Source: Epithemia pelagica (lineage: Eukaryota; Protista; Bacillariophyta). From it: a stretch of DNA of 64,000 nt. A program made the position numbers and the translations under genes. Location of the stretch: NCBI GenBank assembly GCA_946965045.2, contig OX337239.1, positions 620,001-684,000 of the forward strand. The letters run 5' to 3'. The notes beneath the pieces were generated by a model that saw only the letters and a list, made by a program, of their open reading frames with translations, was not told the origin of the DNA and made no database searches. Shown piece after piece: positions 12,174-24,155 of the stretch (positions are counted from its first letter, which is position 1; each line of letters begins with the position of its first letter).

Positions 12174-14227
12174 ATGGCATTTCCTCCAAAATCGTCTCCA
12201 TCCACCAAACAAGAAGATCCTTCAGTTGTTCAGTATTACGATGTGGAGGAAAGTCCCGCTGTTCCTCCAAAATCATCTCAGTCCATGAAACAAGAAGATC
12301 CTCCTGTTGTTGAGTATTACGACGTGGAGGAAAATCCGGACCTTATCTCCCCAAAGAAGAATGCCCCTCCCACTCTCGCATTGTGTGAAGGTAAGTCTGA
12401 AATCGTCCAATGACAACAGGAGGAATGATACCACCGTTCCACCGCCTGGATCTCATACTTGGTGTCTTTGTCTCTTCCACATTTACCACTTTGTGCTGTC
12501 GGGTGTTTCGCCGTACAGAAGACGAACAAAGCAGTGCAAAACTGCAACAAGAACCACACAAAATGGCTCCTCCTCTTCCATCGTCTTTGGCCGATAAGCG
12601 AGAAGCTCCGCCTGATCATTACTATCACAATGCCGAGAAAAATCCTGACCTAATTTCCCCCCAAGAGAGGAATGTTCGTCCACGAGTCAAGGCGAATACG
12701 GCAATAAGCCCTCACATTTGTTTGGTCCAACGCCGATTCTTTACTCGAACGGAAACCGGAAACCGCAAGAATCAACCCTGGGAACTCTTGTGTCATCGCC
12801 AAAGCCCAGAGTTAGTACAAAACGGCTTTTACGACCTGCCCTTCAGTCGAGGTGGATCTCTTCGGATTTGGACCAACTTTGTGTCGACCAGTCGACTGGG
12901 TTTGCTCAATCAAGAAATGCGGCAACGAGTCCAGTATCGGCAATACAGGATTCAAAGCGAAAACGAACCGCGAATTCATGCCCTCTATCACGAACAATCG
13001 ACACCTCCTCCCTCTGCCTCACCCGTGGGCGCCGATGCCCTGAACAATCGGCATCATGTCGTGCCAGGGTACCGCTACGCTCAAGTTACCATGAAATCGC
13101 GGCCTCTCTCCGATTTGCCCCACATTGCCTCCTTTTGCAATACCATCAAGCCCATCTGTGGTGTGGGAGAAGTAAACGACGCCAGTGCCTGGGGCATTGG
13201 CGTCAATCTAATATATTACCGCGATGGCAAGGACCGCATGGGCTTGCACGCGGACAATGATCAAGGCGAACAAAAGGTGGTGACCGTCTTGGTAGATGGA
13301 CCCCCACAACCCCGCCAAGTCTTGGTCCAAACCAAACGAAAGGACGTGGACAATGACAATTTGGAAGAAGAATTTCGCTTGTTTTTGCGTCCCGGCGATG
13401 CCTACTGCATGGACGGCGTCATGCAAGACTTTTATTTGCACGGCGTTCCCCGAGACGGTGGTCAAGTGGGAGGCGGCTACGAACGCTTGGCCATTGTCCT
13501 CCGGGCGGGTATATATTGCGAATATACTAAGGATTCGGGCCGTCCCGTCATCAATTTGACCCCACCAACTCCCAAACCCCTTGTCTTTGGTTCCATTGCA
13601 GAACTCTGTTTGGGAGGCCGTTATACTCGAGGCCAATTGGTTGACACGGGTGGCCATAATGGACGCCAACGAGGAGTTTGTGGCAATCAAGAAGAGGGAT
13701 GTTTCGCCCTCATTTCCTCTGGCAAGCAAGATAATCGATTCGAAGACTTTTGTCCCGATTCTCACTATATGTTGTATGCCGTACGCAGAGAAAAGGGCGG
13801 CCAGGCTGCCATTACCTCGGCCCTGAAGAATGAATCCATTCGAGTCTTTGAAAAACTCTTTACGGGCCTCCGATTCATTTATGAGTACAATGGACTATAT
13901 GATATTGTGGCTGTGGATCAGGATGACGACAAGGTACTTGTCGTCTTGAAACCATTCAAGACGCGCTGGGTCCAGTACTCATCGGCCACTCGAGACCCCG
14001 AACGAATAGACATCACAGACCGGGCACAAAAGAATCAGCGGATTATCAAGCTTAAAAACATGTTTTCCACCTTTGTCAATATGAAAGGAAAACCTCGGAG
14101 CTATTCCCTCATTCGGTCCAACTGCCTCCCCGCGGCACATTCTATATTCTATCTTGAGGAGGAGGAGGAGGAGGAGGAGGAGGAGGATGAACCGGAGTAC
14201 ACTACAACACACACATCGGAAGAATAA
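12174..14227 (+). CDS. AlkB-type 2OG-Fe(II) dioxygenase fused to a C-terminal SRA/YDG-like domain; exons 12174-12390, 12519-14227
   Basis: AlkB motifs: NLIYYRDGKDRMGLHAD (HxD), FYLHGVP (distal His), RLAIVLR (RxxxxxR). SRA-like: VFGSIAELCLGGRYTRGQLVDTGGH..RQRGVCGNQEEGCFALISSG...SIRVF...YEYNGLYDIV. In-frame intron 12391-12518. N-terminal PPKSS..KQEDP.VV.YYDVEE repeats and a poly-E tail. Confidence 0.78.
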
Positions 14228-15061
14228 ACACCAGGGCCAAGGTGTCCGAAATCTCACACATGGCTTGATTCTGAGACTCCCCTTTGAAGACAAACTTCCC
14301 AGACTCCATTTCTAAAACTTATTAGTCGACATATTTCACTTCAATATCCTAATTACTCTGGATGCTGCAAGTTTGTAAATGTCTCTGGATCTTTGGAACG
14401 ATATTGTGATCGGCTACATGGGTCTCGGGAGGGCAAAAATGACCGCTGACAATGCCATGTTGATACTTTCCACAACGACCAAGTTCGTATTTTTCTTGGA
14501 CGTCAAGGTGGTGATACGGCATATCGATTGGCCAACAAAACAACTGAGTTAGACAGTCGTACTGTAATCCAAGGTTTTCTGCGCCCAACTGACGTAGGAC
14601 AGAGTGTTGATTCAGCTAGAAGACACATGACGACGACCACGACAACATTGCCTTCGAACTCTCCTTCTCCCAAGTAGACTCGGAGGATCCGGTAGAGGCG
14701 ACGAAGGCGCCAGTAATCTCTTCGTGGTTGCCGGGTTCTTCCCTAATGGAATAGTAGTAGTCCGCTAGTAGCAAGAACCTTCTCTGCCACAACGATTGTA
14801 GCGTCGCTATTGTTGTTGTTTTGCGACGTGGAGGGTTGTGCCCTTCTTCTTCTGGACTGTCCAAATGATACCATGCCAACAACGACGACGACAGGTCGGG
14901 GACTCCCATGGTCACAGTGTCCAATGACGACATGAACGGTTCACTCCATGCAGAAGCGGCAGTGGTCGCATCGTGTTGCAAGGCTCGTTGTCTCGCCGAG
15001 AAGTTACGGAGAGTGGGACAACGAGAAGCGGTCTGGTTGTGTTGCGGTGGAAGGAATATGC

Positions 15062-17178
15062 TCATGGAGAAAGCGGAAACAGGCTGTTGCTCCTTTTTGC
15101 TGGTTCATGCTCCCTCTTTAGGTCTTTTCCCGATGGGAACAAGTCCTTTCGTTGGGTCGGAGACATCAATAAACAAGTACGTTCGGTTGCAACGGGAGGT
15201 GCGCATTCTGATGGATCCGTAGTGTTGTTTTTGTTCCTCTGGTTGCCACACTGTCGTTCTGGTCGTGCCACGGAGGAATGATACATGGTACTGGGCTTTT
15301 CTTGATTGGTAGTTTCTCCCATTGCGATCATTTCTTGTTCCGCCTCGTTTGTATGATTATCCGGTGGCTGGAGAGCATGAGTCACGTACAAGTGTCCCAC
15401 CAATGTGAGTAAGGATAAGATGGGTGCATACAAAGCCCATGGTGATAAAACGCGATGTACGCCTCCTCCCAACCACGACGACGACACGGCGGCGGAGGCT
15501 TCTTGCAGGGGAGATGAGGACGACGGTGAACCGACCAGAACCCGTTGGGCAATGAAGTTCGGTGCCACAAATCCGGCAATACTCGCATCCATGGACAAGA
15601 GAGCTTGCATCATTCCGGGATAATGTCGCAAACGAGGACTGCGATTCACAGCTTGTGTATACAAACATCGACTCGTGGTGGTGGTCAAGGGAAATCCCAG
15701 ATTGGCCACCACGAGTGGGATGACAAACAAGGCCCAGGAACGAACCACTGAGAGGTTGTGGTTGTTGTTGTAAGTCGTTGGCGAAGGGATTGCTCAACAG
15801 GGGTAGAGTGCTCCATGTCCGACTATGGACAAGACCAATCCATAACTTCACAGTGTGGACTCGGAACAGCCTCGTCGCGACAATGTCCAGGTGGCCACAA
15901 TCGCCACAAAGATCGTTCCAGCTTGAATTCCAAACAAGCCCGAAGTCCCCACGGGCCCTACACCCAAAACGTCATGGGCCGCCGCGGCGCCAGAGCCGTT
16001 TCCAAGAGCTGAAAGTTGGCATTCAGTTGAAAAATGCTCAAAACAGGAACCATGAGGGACAAGAACAGCAGGTATGTGCCAAAGCCTCTTTCTTTGGTTT
16101 CCTCATCCTTGGTGGGAATCGTTTCTTGGTCGGATACATTGTCAAATTGATTGCACCAGCTCGTCTTTTCCACGTCGTAATTCTCGTCAGCAATCTCCTC
16201 GTTGACTGTTGCTTTGGCGGCATCCTTGGACATGGACAATCGACTAATAGGACCTTTGGGTTCGACCAAAAAGACATCAATGACAAGGACTGCCAGTAGA
16301 TTGGCCATGGCCATGAACAAACCCACGACATTGAGAGGTGTCACGCGAACCCATACGGTCCATGACGACGACGACGACGACGACGAAAAGCCAAATGGCA
16401 GGGTCCCCTGCAAATGATGGAATACCAAGGAGAGCGCTGGTGCTGTTGTCATACCAATCACACGAACCATGGACAAGACGGCTGTGGCTTGTGTCAAAAG
16501 TCGAGTCTTACCAGAAGAATCATCGCCACCACACACATGCTGCGCCACATAGGTAAATCCCAAGGTGCTATTGGCGGCACCCACTCCCCCCAAGAAACGA
16601 CCCGCAAACAAGAGTACCATGGCATGGTTGGGTTGGGACGTGAGGCTGGCGCCAAAGTACAAGAGTCCACCCGCTGCAACCACATACAAGGAAACCAGGT
16701 AGGGACGGACAAAGGTGTGGCACTGATCGCACCAATATCCCAGGACGGGTTTGAACAGGAAACTACTCAACGAAAAGGCTGCCACGATCCAGCCATAGGA
16801 ACGGTAGGAACCACCATTGTCCAAGACATAAAAGACGAGTGAAGGAGCCGTTACCATGTAACAAAGGGCATCGACCAAGCCCACAAAGGCCAGAGGTGCC
16901 AGCAAGCGGTAAGGGATGGTGGGAAGAGGATCGTCCGGCCCACTTTCTGTGAAGCTTGTGCGAGACCAAGAACTTGTGGCAGAAGTGACGCTCTTTCGAA
17001 GTTTGGGCGGAATGTCTTTAAACCTTGCGGGAGATGATGTGCTGTTAGGAGAACTCTTCTCGTCGTTGACACTAGTAATGGTGGGAGTCTTGCACGCCAT
17101 GATATAAACTTGTCCACAAAGACGCGCGTCGTCTTGGTGCTGTAGTTTGGATAATGAATGTTCGATATTGCTCTTTGG

Positions 17179-17209
<31 letters not shown>

Positions 17210-17214
17210 GGCAT
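15062..17214 (-). pseudogene. Major facilitator superfamily transporter, disrupted by one frameshift and two in-frame TGA codons
   Basis: MFS motifs (LGYWCDQCH; LLFAGRFLGGVGAAN) lie in ORF 15958-17214. After a frameshift near 15985 the frame continues AAHDVLGVGPVGTSGLFG...STL*SYGLVLS...YPC*AIP into ORF 15062-15748 (MMQALLSMDASIAGFVAPNF). Confidence 0.8.
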
Positions 17215-19180
17215 TCACAACTTGTGAGAGGACTTGCCACAACATGTATCAGCTCCGTCCAATGGACCATTCTGGCTGGTTGCCATCCAAGCATGCTCCG
17301 TGGTTTGCAATAATCCGGAACATGGAGTCCATAGTATGGTTCAAGGAATGGCGACGACGCCGATGGCACTTTTGGTTCTTCAAGTTGAGGAATCTGGAGT
17401 CCTAGTCTTGGCAAACTTTTGTCAGGATTGGATCCAAGACCTCTCGTTGGCTACTGCTGCTGGAACTCCTCTCCAAAACGATTGGAGCGAAATTCCATGA
17501 ATCCCCAACCACGGAACAAACATTTACCTTTTTAGTCTCCAAGACAAGGCTCCCAGCAAGACGACTCTCCATCCTCTCCATCGTGTCTCTTTGAATACCC
17601 AGCACAAGATGTTGATGTTATATTGGAAGCATTTCGAACAGCGTCGATCCGGAAGTGATCGGCAGCGCGCCGCATCTGCGCGATTTGTCGGTCGCCTTTT
17701 ATTCGCTTTCCGGACAAAATCGCATCTTGGACGATCACCTCTCTCTCGAGAGATGCTTTCCTGGTGTAGCATGACAATGGCAAAAGCCGACCAATTCACA
17801 TTGTCCTCAATGCGAGCAGAATGCCGTCTTTTCCCCTCATTACCAAGAAAGAATTGGCTGTAGAGAACGATTTCTTCTCTCCCGTAAACGGAACGACAAA
17901 CGCATCAATTTTTGCCTCCAGAACCATGACAAACCCATGCCTCGCCATCCCCAAAAAGAGAGCCGTCTAGGAGTATCGGGCGTCAGAGACAATGTCCATT
18001 TCCAACCATGGTCCATGGGGGTATCATCAAGGCACGAGCCAGTTGTTTCGGCGTGATACCCCATTTCCTTTGACATTCAGCCTCGCTGTTGTGAAAGTCT
18101 CATCATGTGGAGAAGATGGAGGGGGGACTTGTTTCGTTTTCGTATGTGTTGGGATACAGTATATAGGTTCAATTCTTTTGTTGGTGATCGTTCTCCTCCT
18201 GTACATGTGCCGAAATCAGAAATAGCATGCACTGGGAACAAATCCTGCATGCCGTAATGAATCAACAACCGTCGTTTTTCTGGACAGTCTCATCTACCAG
18301 TGAATTATCAGAGTCCTTCCTGCCAGGTGCTCATCAAGATTGCTCCGTAAAATCATTTTTCAAAGGTCATTCTTGTGGCCACGCTGAGATTCTGGCGGTT
18401 CGTGTCTCGTCGTCGGATAGGCTTGATTTGGGATCTTCCCAGACCAAGACTTTCATTTCATGTTGGTTTTCAAGCACTCTTCTGGCTGTGAACGACGTGA
18501 GACACACCAAAAGAAGCAATCATTAACACACTAATAACACAGGTCATTGGCTCTACACCATATGGAAAAACATCAGATTGTGCAAAGATTCGAGTGTCGC
18601 CCGAGAGATGATTCTCAGCCCCACCACGACCCCACCACGACCCCACCACCACCTTCCCGCCCGTCCGCATTGCTTCACGCGCGCCGGGTGGCATTCTGTT
18701 GTGTCATCTCGACAGCCCCACATGTTTTTGCATTCTCTGTTTTGCCTTGTTTCTCCGTGGATAGCGGTCACCACTGTCTGCGTTGTTCTTCTGGATCGAC
18801 CGAATGACCATATGGGGTGGTAGAACGACACCCCCTTGCAGAACCACTCTCGTGAAGCAGACGGCACTGCCGGCCTCTCCTGATTGGCATCTCTCCTCTC
18901 TCGGCGATGAATCTATAACGGCCTTGTTCTTTGTTGGGGCCCATCTTTGATGGAGAGGTGTGTTGGATCTAGACGACAAGTGGTAACCCTATTGTTGTCG
19001 TTGTCATTTTCTCTTTTTTCCAGGCCGAATAGTTCACTCGACAACATGATGCACCGCATCACAATGTGCATTCGTGGCGGTTGCGTGGAAAAAGCTCGAT
19101 TTGTGGAACTCACTCTCTCTGTGATTTATCCGTATCACCAGTATTGATTGTTGCCAAACAGAAACAGAAAAGTATCAATG

Positions 19181-19183
<3 letters not shown>

Positions 19184-19216
<33 letters not shown>
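19184..19216. repeat. (TA)n microsatellite
   Basis: Uninterrupted TA run of about 16 units. Confidence 0.95.
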
Positions 19217-19220
<4 letters not shown>

Positions 19221-19239
19221 CATATCGAGAAATTCTACT

Positions 19240-22200
19240 CTATACATTGTTGAGGCTGTGTGAGGAACCACCAAACGACGACAGCCGACGACGCGCCTTG
19301 TCCAGTTGCTGGACACTGCTGGGATCCAAAAAGTGTGCCCGACGAAGCCGCAACAAGACATATTCCAGGACGACCAACGAAACATAAATGCCCGTCAAGA
19401 CATATAATGCCATGCGAGCATTGGCAAAGGGCCAAAAACCGGCTTGGGCGGACAAAAAATTGCCATTGTACACAATACAAGTGGCAAAGCTGCGACAGGG
19501 CGTTTCCCCAATGTTTCGGTTGTACTCAAACTGATTCGTCAAGACACCGGTAAAGGCCCAAAAGGCAAAGGACAAACCAAACAACCAACGAGCACCTGGT
19601 GGCGCTTGGCTCGGTGTACCCAAAAAGCCGGCAAAACAAACGTTGAGAAACAAACACAACAAGTAAACCTTGAAGAATGCGTGTTTTCCCTTGAATATCA
19701 AACTGAGACAACGACCAAAGGTGACAATGACCATCAAAAAGACACTTCCAAACAAGAGCTGATTGGGAAAGGAGGTCCATTCCCATCCCAAAATGACATA
19801 TGCCAAGGACAAGGAGATAGCGGTCGAAACAAAGGGAATGGAAAGCGAGTAGGAAAGGGTGGCAATCTGATAGGACAGCAAAAAGATACGGCGGTCGTCC
19901 AGCTCCCAGCGATGAGCAAGCCACATTTGCGTTCCCAACAGAACATGGTGTTGAAAGATTATAATGGGAATAAAGAACAACATCATGCATCCCAAAAACA
20001 CCGTCGTGGGAGAGTTGGGATCAAAGCTTAACACAAAAGACATGATGGCAAAGCAAATGGGCAAGACCACCAAATCAGACAGGTTCCATCCATATTCCAG
20101 GCAAAGTCGTCGACCCAGTGCAACGACTTGACCCAGTGGGTTTCGCTCCGCCTTGGAGGGTGTCATGCGTTCATGAGGGATGGCCAAGCCGTGTGTCGAC
20201 ACTTCCCGTTCTTCTCGACAATGAGTCAGATGGCGATCCATGGAATGGGAAATGGTTCCGTGTTTCACGAGGCTATGGACAAAGTCCGAAATTCGGTCCG
20301 TAACGACTCCAACCTCTTCCTCCATGTCCAAAGCGTTTTGAATCACTTCACGATTCTCATCAAACACCACTCGTCCGTGCATCATGACCATCAGCTCATG
20401 AATGTACCCCAATATGCTGTCAGACGGCTGGAGAAGCGTCACCAAAATGGTACGATCCTGTTTCTCGGCCACAGTTTGCAGCAATTCCATCAAACGTTCA
20501 CTGGCCACACTGTCCAATCCGGAAAGAGGCTGATTCAAGAATGCCAAGAATAACGTACGTATAATGAGTGAAAAGACATCAGTTGTCTCAATATTATTTG
20601 TGGGCGACTCCAATCGAAAACATACCTCATCCAGCAACAACACGGATGGATCCGTCAACAACGCCGCGGCCACGGCCAACACACGTCGCTGTCCTCCGCT
20701 GCACATGCTGATCTTATTGCTTTCAAACGGTTGCACCACGTCAATCTTGTCCGTCGTTGTGTACAATTCACTTTTCGATTGTGGATCGACCTCAGACACA
20801 AGTGGCATGGTCGCAGTTGTTCGGGCTGACAAGGCTGCGATAAAAGGCGATTCGATGGGGCTCACCGTGTCGTCGTTGGAAGGTTCCTCTATCTTTGATA
20901 ATGTCTCCGAAGGTGAAATATTGGTAATATCTTCTTTCTTGACCTTGAGAATGGATCGCACCGCCAATGTCCTTCTTGAACCCTCTCCGTCTTTGTCGCT
21001 TCTCTCATCACGAGAAATTTCGTCTGGTGGTAGCAGTTCCGAGGATTGACACTCTTCTACTGGTCTACTTCTCTCGCCCGAGGATCGTGTTGGTATCAAG
21101 TTGACATTCTTGTTTTCTGGGATGTCTTCATCACTGTTGTCAAGAAGAGTATCATCAAGTTCTTCGTTTTCTGGTCGTGTCACAAAGGGGCTCGTGACTC
21201 CACCACGAGGGATTGCCTGCTCCTTGTTTCGCATGTCCCACTGATTTCTTGGAGTCATATTGGTCGATGGTCGATCGCCAACCGAAAATGCCGCACTGCA
21301 ATTGCCATGCTGACTGGAATCTGCATCCATGGGTTCATGGGAGGCTGGAAAAAAGGGCTGGACAAAGCGTTTGACTTCATTGAGTTGTTCGGGATTGGCC
21401 CCATACAAGGCTGCACAGGATTCCAAATACAAGGCAGGCGTCAAGTTGCCCATGGCCACCATATCGTGTTGTCTCAAGTAGGTTGTTCCTTCAATGTTGA
21501 TTTTGATATCACTCTCAGGGTCAACCTCCACTCCTGAACGCATTTGACCACTAATGGCTCTCAGCTATGGTGTGTGTGCCGAAACAAAACAAAAAGACAA
21601 ACATGAATCAGTTAAGAATGTGCCAGCGACCAACGTGTGCTGCAGTGACATGGGGGAACGTACCAAGGTTGATTTTCCGGCTCCCGATCGTCCCATGAGA
21701 CCATTGACCGTTCCACGCTTGAGATGCAAGTTGACATTGTCCAACAATTTTTGACCCGTGGATTTGAGATGGACCGTCAATTGTGCCATGCGAACTCCCA
21801 CGGGACGGGGTCGTTGTTGCAACCGACGCCGAGCACTCCCCAAACTTCCCAGACTTTTGCCACTGGATACCGACGATTCGTCGTCGTCGTCCTGGGCATG
21901 ATTGGGGTCTACCGCCGTATCACATCCGAACAAGCAGTCCATAATGACACGGATCAGACAGTCTCCCGCACTCGCCAATGGACTACAGATTCCCGTCACA
22001 AACTTGCCCCCTCGTCTGGATCGAATCAAGATACCCAACAAAATAAACAAACCAATATATCCAAACCAGACCATTCGCAAGACCTCGTTGACTTCCTTGT
22101 ACGTGTTTTCTACTTCAAACAAGGCTTGGCAAGCATTTGGTTCTGCTTCGTTTCCAATTACACAATTGGGTCCAGCGCAATCGTCCAATACCAAGCCCAC

Positions 22201-23937
22201 TGGTTCGCCCTCGGGCAAAAGTGCCGCGACACCGTCCGTAACAAACAGACCAATGGAATCGCGAATCGAGGTACCATTCACTGTGGCATAGTCCCAGGCA
22301 TGGACGTCAAACCACACTGCCATGCCCAAGTTATTGGGCAATTTGGTCGTCAAGCCATAGCCCGAATCCCGGCAGACGGGTGGAAAGGCGGCAAATACAC
22401 CTGTTTTGGATTCTGCTCCCAGATCGGCGCACGACAAGTGCACGAGTTCAATAGATGGCATGACAAAGCCATGTGTCACACACGATGGCATGATCCAGGC
22501 CAAGGAGGGCAATGCTGATGGTTCTGGCAAATTATTGCCGTTCTCCAGACAGGTTTCTGGTTGGTGTTGTTCGCCTCCCAAGAGGTTCCAAAAGACAGTT
22601 TCTTGGACGGCTCGTATGCGAGAGCCGGTCAATTCTCCCACCGCACTGGTCCGTTCCACATGGTCACTGGGACGAGCAGCCTACGTGGAACTGCTACTGC
22701 CGGCATACATGTCACTCAAGGAAAAGGTGAGGGTATTGATATCGTGTGTGGAATCAATCAAGAGAAAGGATTCGTCCAGCACCCAACTAGTACTACTACT
22801 CGTTGCTGTGGTGGTGTTTGTGGCTGCTGTGGATGGAGTAAAGATACCATGCCGCGCGAGACAATTGGTGGACGTACAACAGGGCAATTTGGAGAGTTGT
22901 TCATGATGGAGGGAATAGGCAGTGACATTGCACAAGGGATGGGTTGTCATATTCACAGCCGTCAGACTTCCCTCTTCAAATTCAATCCGATCACTGACCA
23001 AGGAGGAATCGGCCACAATTTTGAGTTGACGAGCTGCCATGGTCTGGGCCATTTGACGGAGTTGCGGCAAGTGATTCAACACGCCCAAGGCTCCCGCCGA
23101 AACACCCGTTACCACCAATTGATTCACCAATCCAACGACTGCTGGTTGCTCGTTGTCGTCTTGGTGCGTGGTTCCCTGCGTTGGGACGACAAAGGCATCT
23201 TGTTGTTGTTGGGGTTCCACAAGGGCTGTTGTCCGGCGTTGCTGTACTTGGTCGACGAGGTAGTCGAGGACGGCTTGAAAATGAAGGTCCCCCTGTCGAA
23301 TAATGCCGCCGCCATTGGTAGTCGTCTTGCTGTCACTCGATGACGAGGATCCCAAATACAAGTCTTGGGACCAATAATAGACGGCAATCTTGACAAAGTC
23401 ATGCAATACAGGATTGATTAGTGGATCGTTGGAAAGGACCGTATGGCCTTTGATTTGGCGTGGCACATAGTGGGACGACAAGCGAAAGGGTTCCGTATCC
23501 AAGACCGATTGACATTGGTCGTCGGTACCACACGAGCCACCTCCGGTAAATAACAAGAGAATATTATTCGTGTTCGTGTTTGTGTTGTTGTTGTGGTGGT
23601 TTGGTACGGTCAGAGAGGAGGACGACCAGGAGGACCAATCTTGATACAAGCCCACGGGAGATCCATCGCCGCATTGGGCACCTTCCAGAGGGATCCAATC
23701 CAATGGCATTGTTATTACAAACTTGCTTGGTATAGGAAGGAGGAGAGAAGGGGATTCTGGACGCGTTGCAACAAGAAGCACACAACAAAAGTACCTCCGA
23801 ACCAGACCAAGTCTTGTTGTCAGGATGACGACGGCAACAACAACAAGGGGAATGCTACGACTGCGTTGTTGTTGGATCTGAGAAGCTTTGGATCCGGCGG
23901 AGACTGCCAGAGATAGTGAGAGAGGGAGAGGCGACAA
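19240..23937 (-). CDS. Pectin-acetylesterase/Notum-like ectodomain + TM + ABCG half-transporter (NBD-TMD); one in-frame TAG at 22681-22683; introns 21663-21565 and 20625-20530; start uncertain
   Basis: PAE: AQCGDGSP, LLLFTGGGSC, YWSQDLYLG, VVTGVSAGALG (GxSxG), WIMPSCVTH. TM helix VWFGYIGLFILLGILI. Walker A GRSGAGKSTL, signature CSGGQRR, Walker B/D-loop VLLLDE|PLSGLD, then about 6 TM helices. ORFs 22681-23937 and 21565-22659 are in the same frame, separated only by TAG. Confidence 0.78.
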
Positions 23938-24155
23938 TGCTTGGTCGTTGGTTCGAGAGTGCGAGTGCGAGTGAAATAAAGCAATCTAGCAATCCGTTGG
24001 TTGTTCTTTGGTGGTATTTGCCTCTACTAGGTATTAGTGGCGCGTTTGTTTTGGATTCGTTCGCGTTGGAGTGGTTGCGTCATGTTACGGTGCATCTTGG
24101 GTTTGTGTCGCAACCAGCACCAAGGAGCTATAGAGATCTTTTGTTGTGTTATTGT

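Noticed and set aside
14349-15065. ORF whose ATG overlaps the MFS stop (ATGA), resembling prokaryotic translational coupling
   Set aside because: Eukaryotic intron-containing context, no recognisable domain and no operon evidence; treated as coincidence.
15780-15860. TGA-as-Trp recoding to explain in-frame stops in the MFS gene
   Set aside because: The same gene also has a frameshift, intact genes in the window end in TGA, and other pseudogenes here have TAA/TAG lesions.
17400-19100. Scattered short ORFs
   Set aside because: Stop-riddled with no assignable motif; cannot be supported as genes.
21724-23343. Plus-strand ORFs of 264 and 260 aa
   Set aside because: Antisense shadows of the PAE-ABCG coding region.
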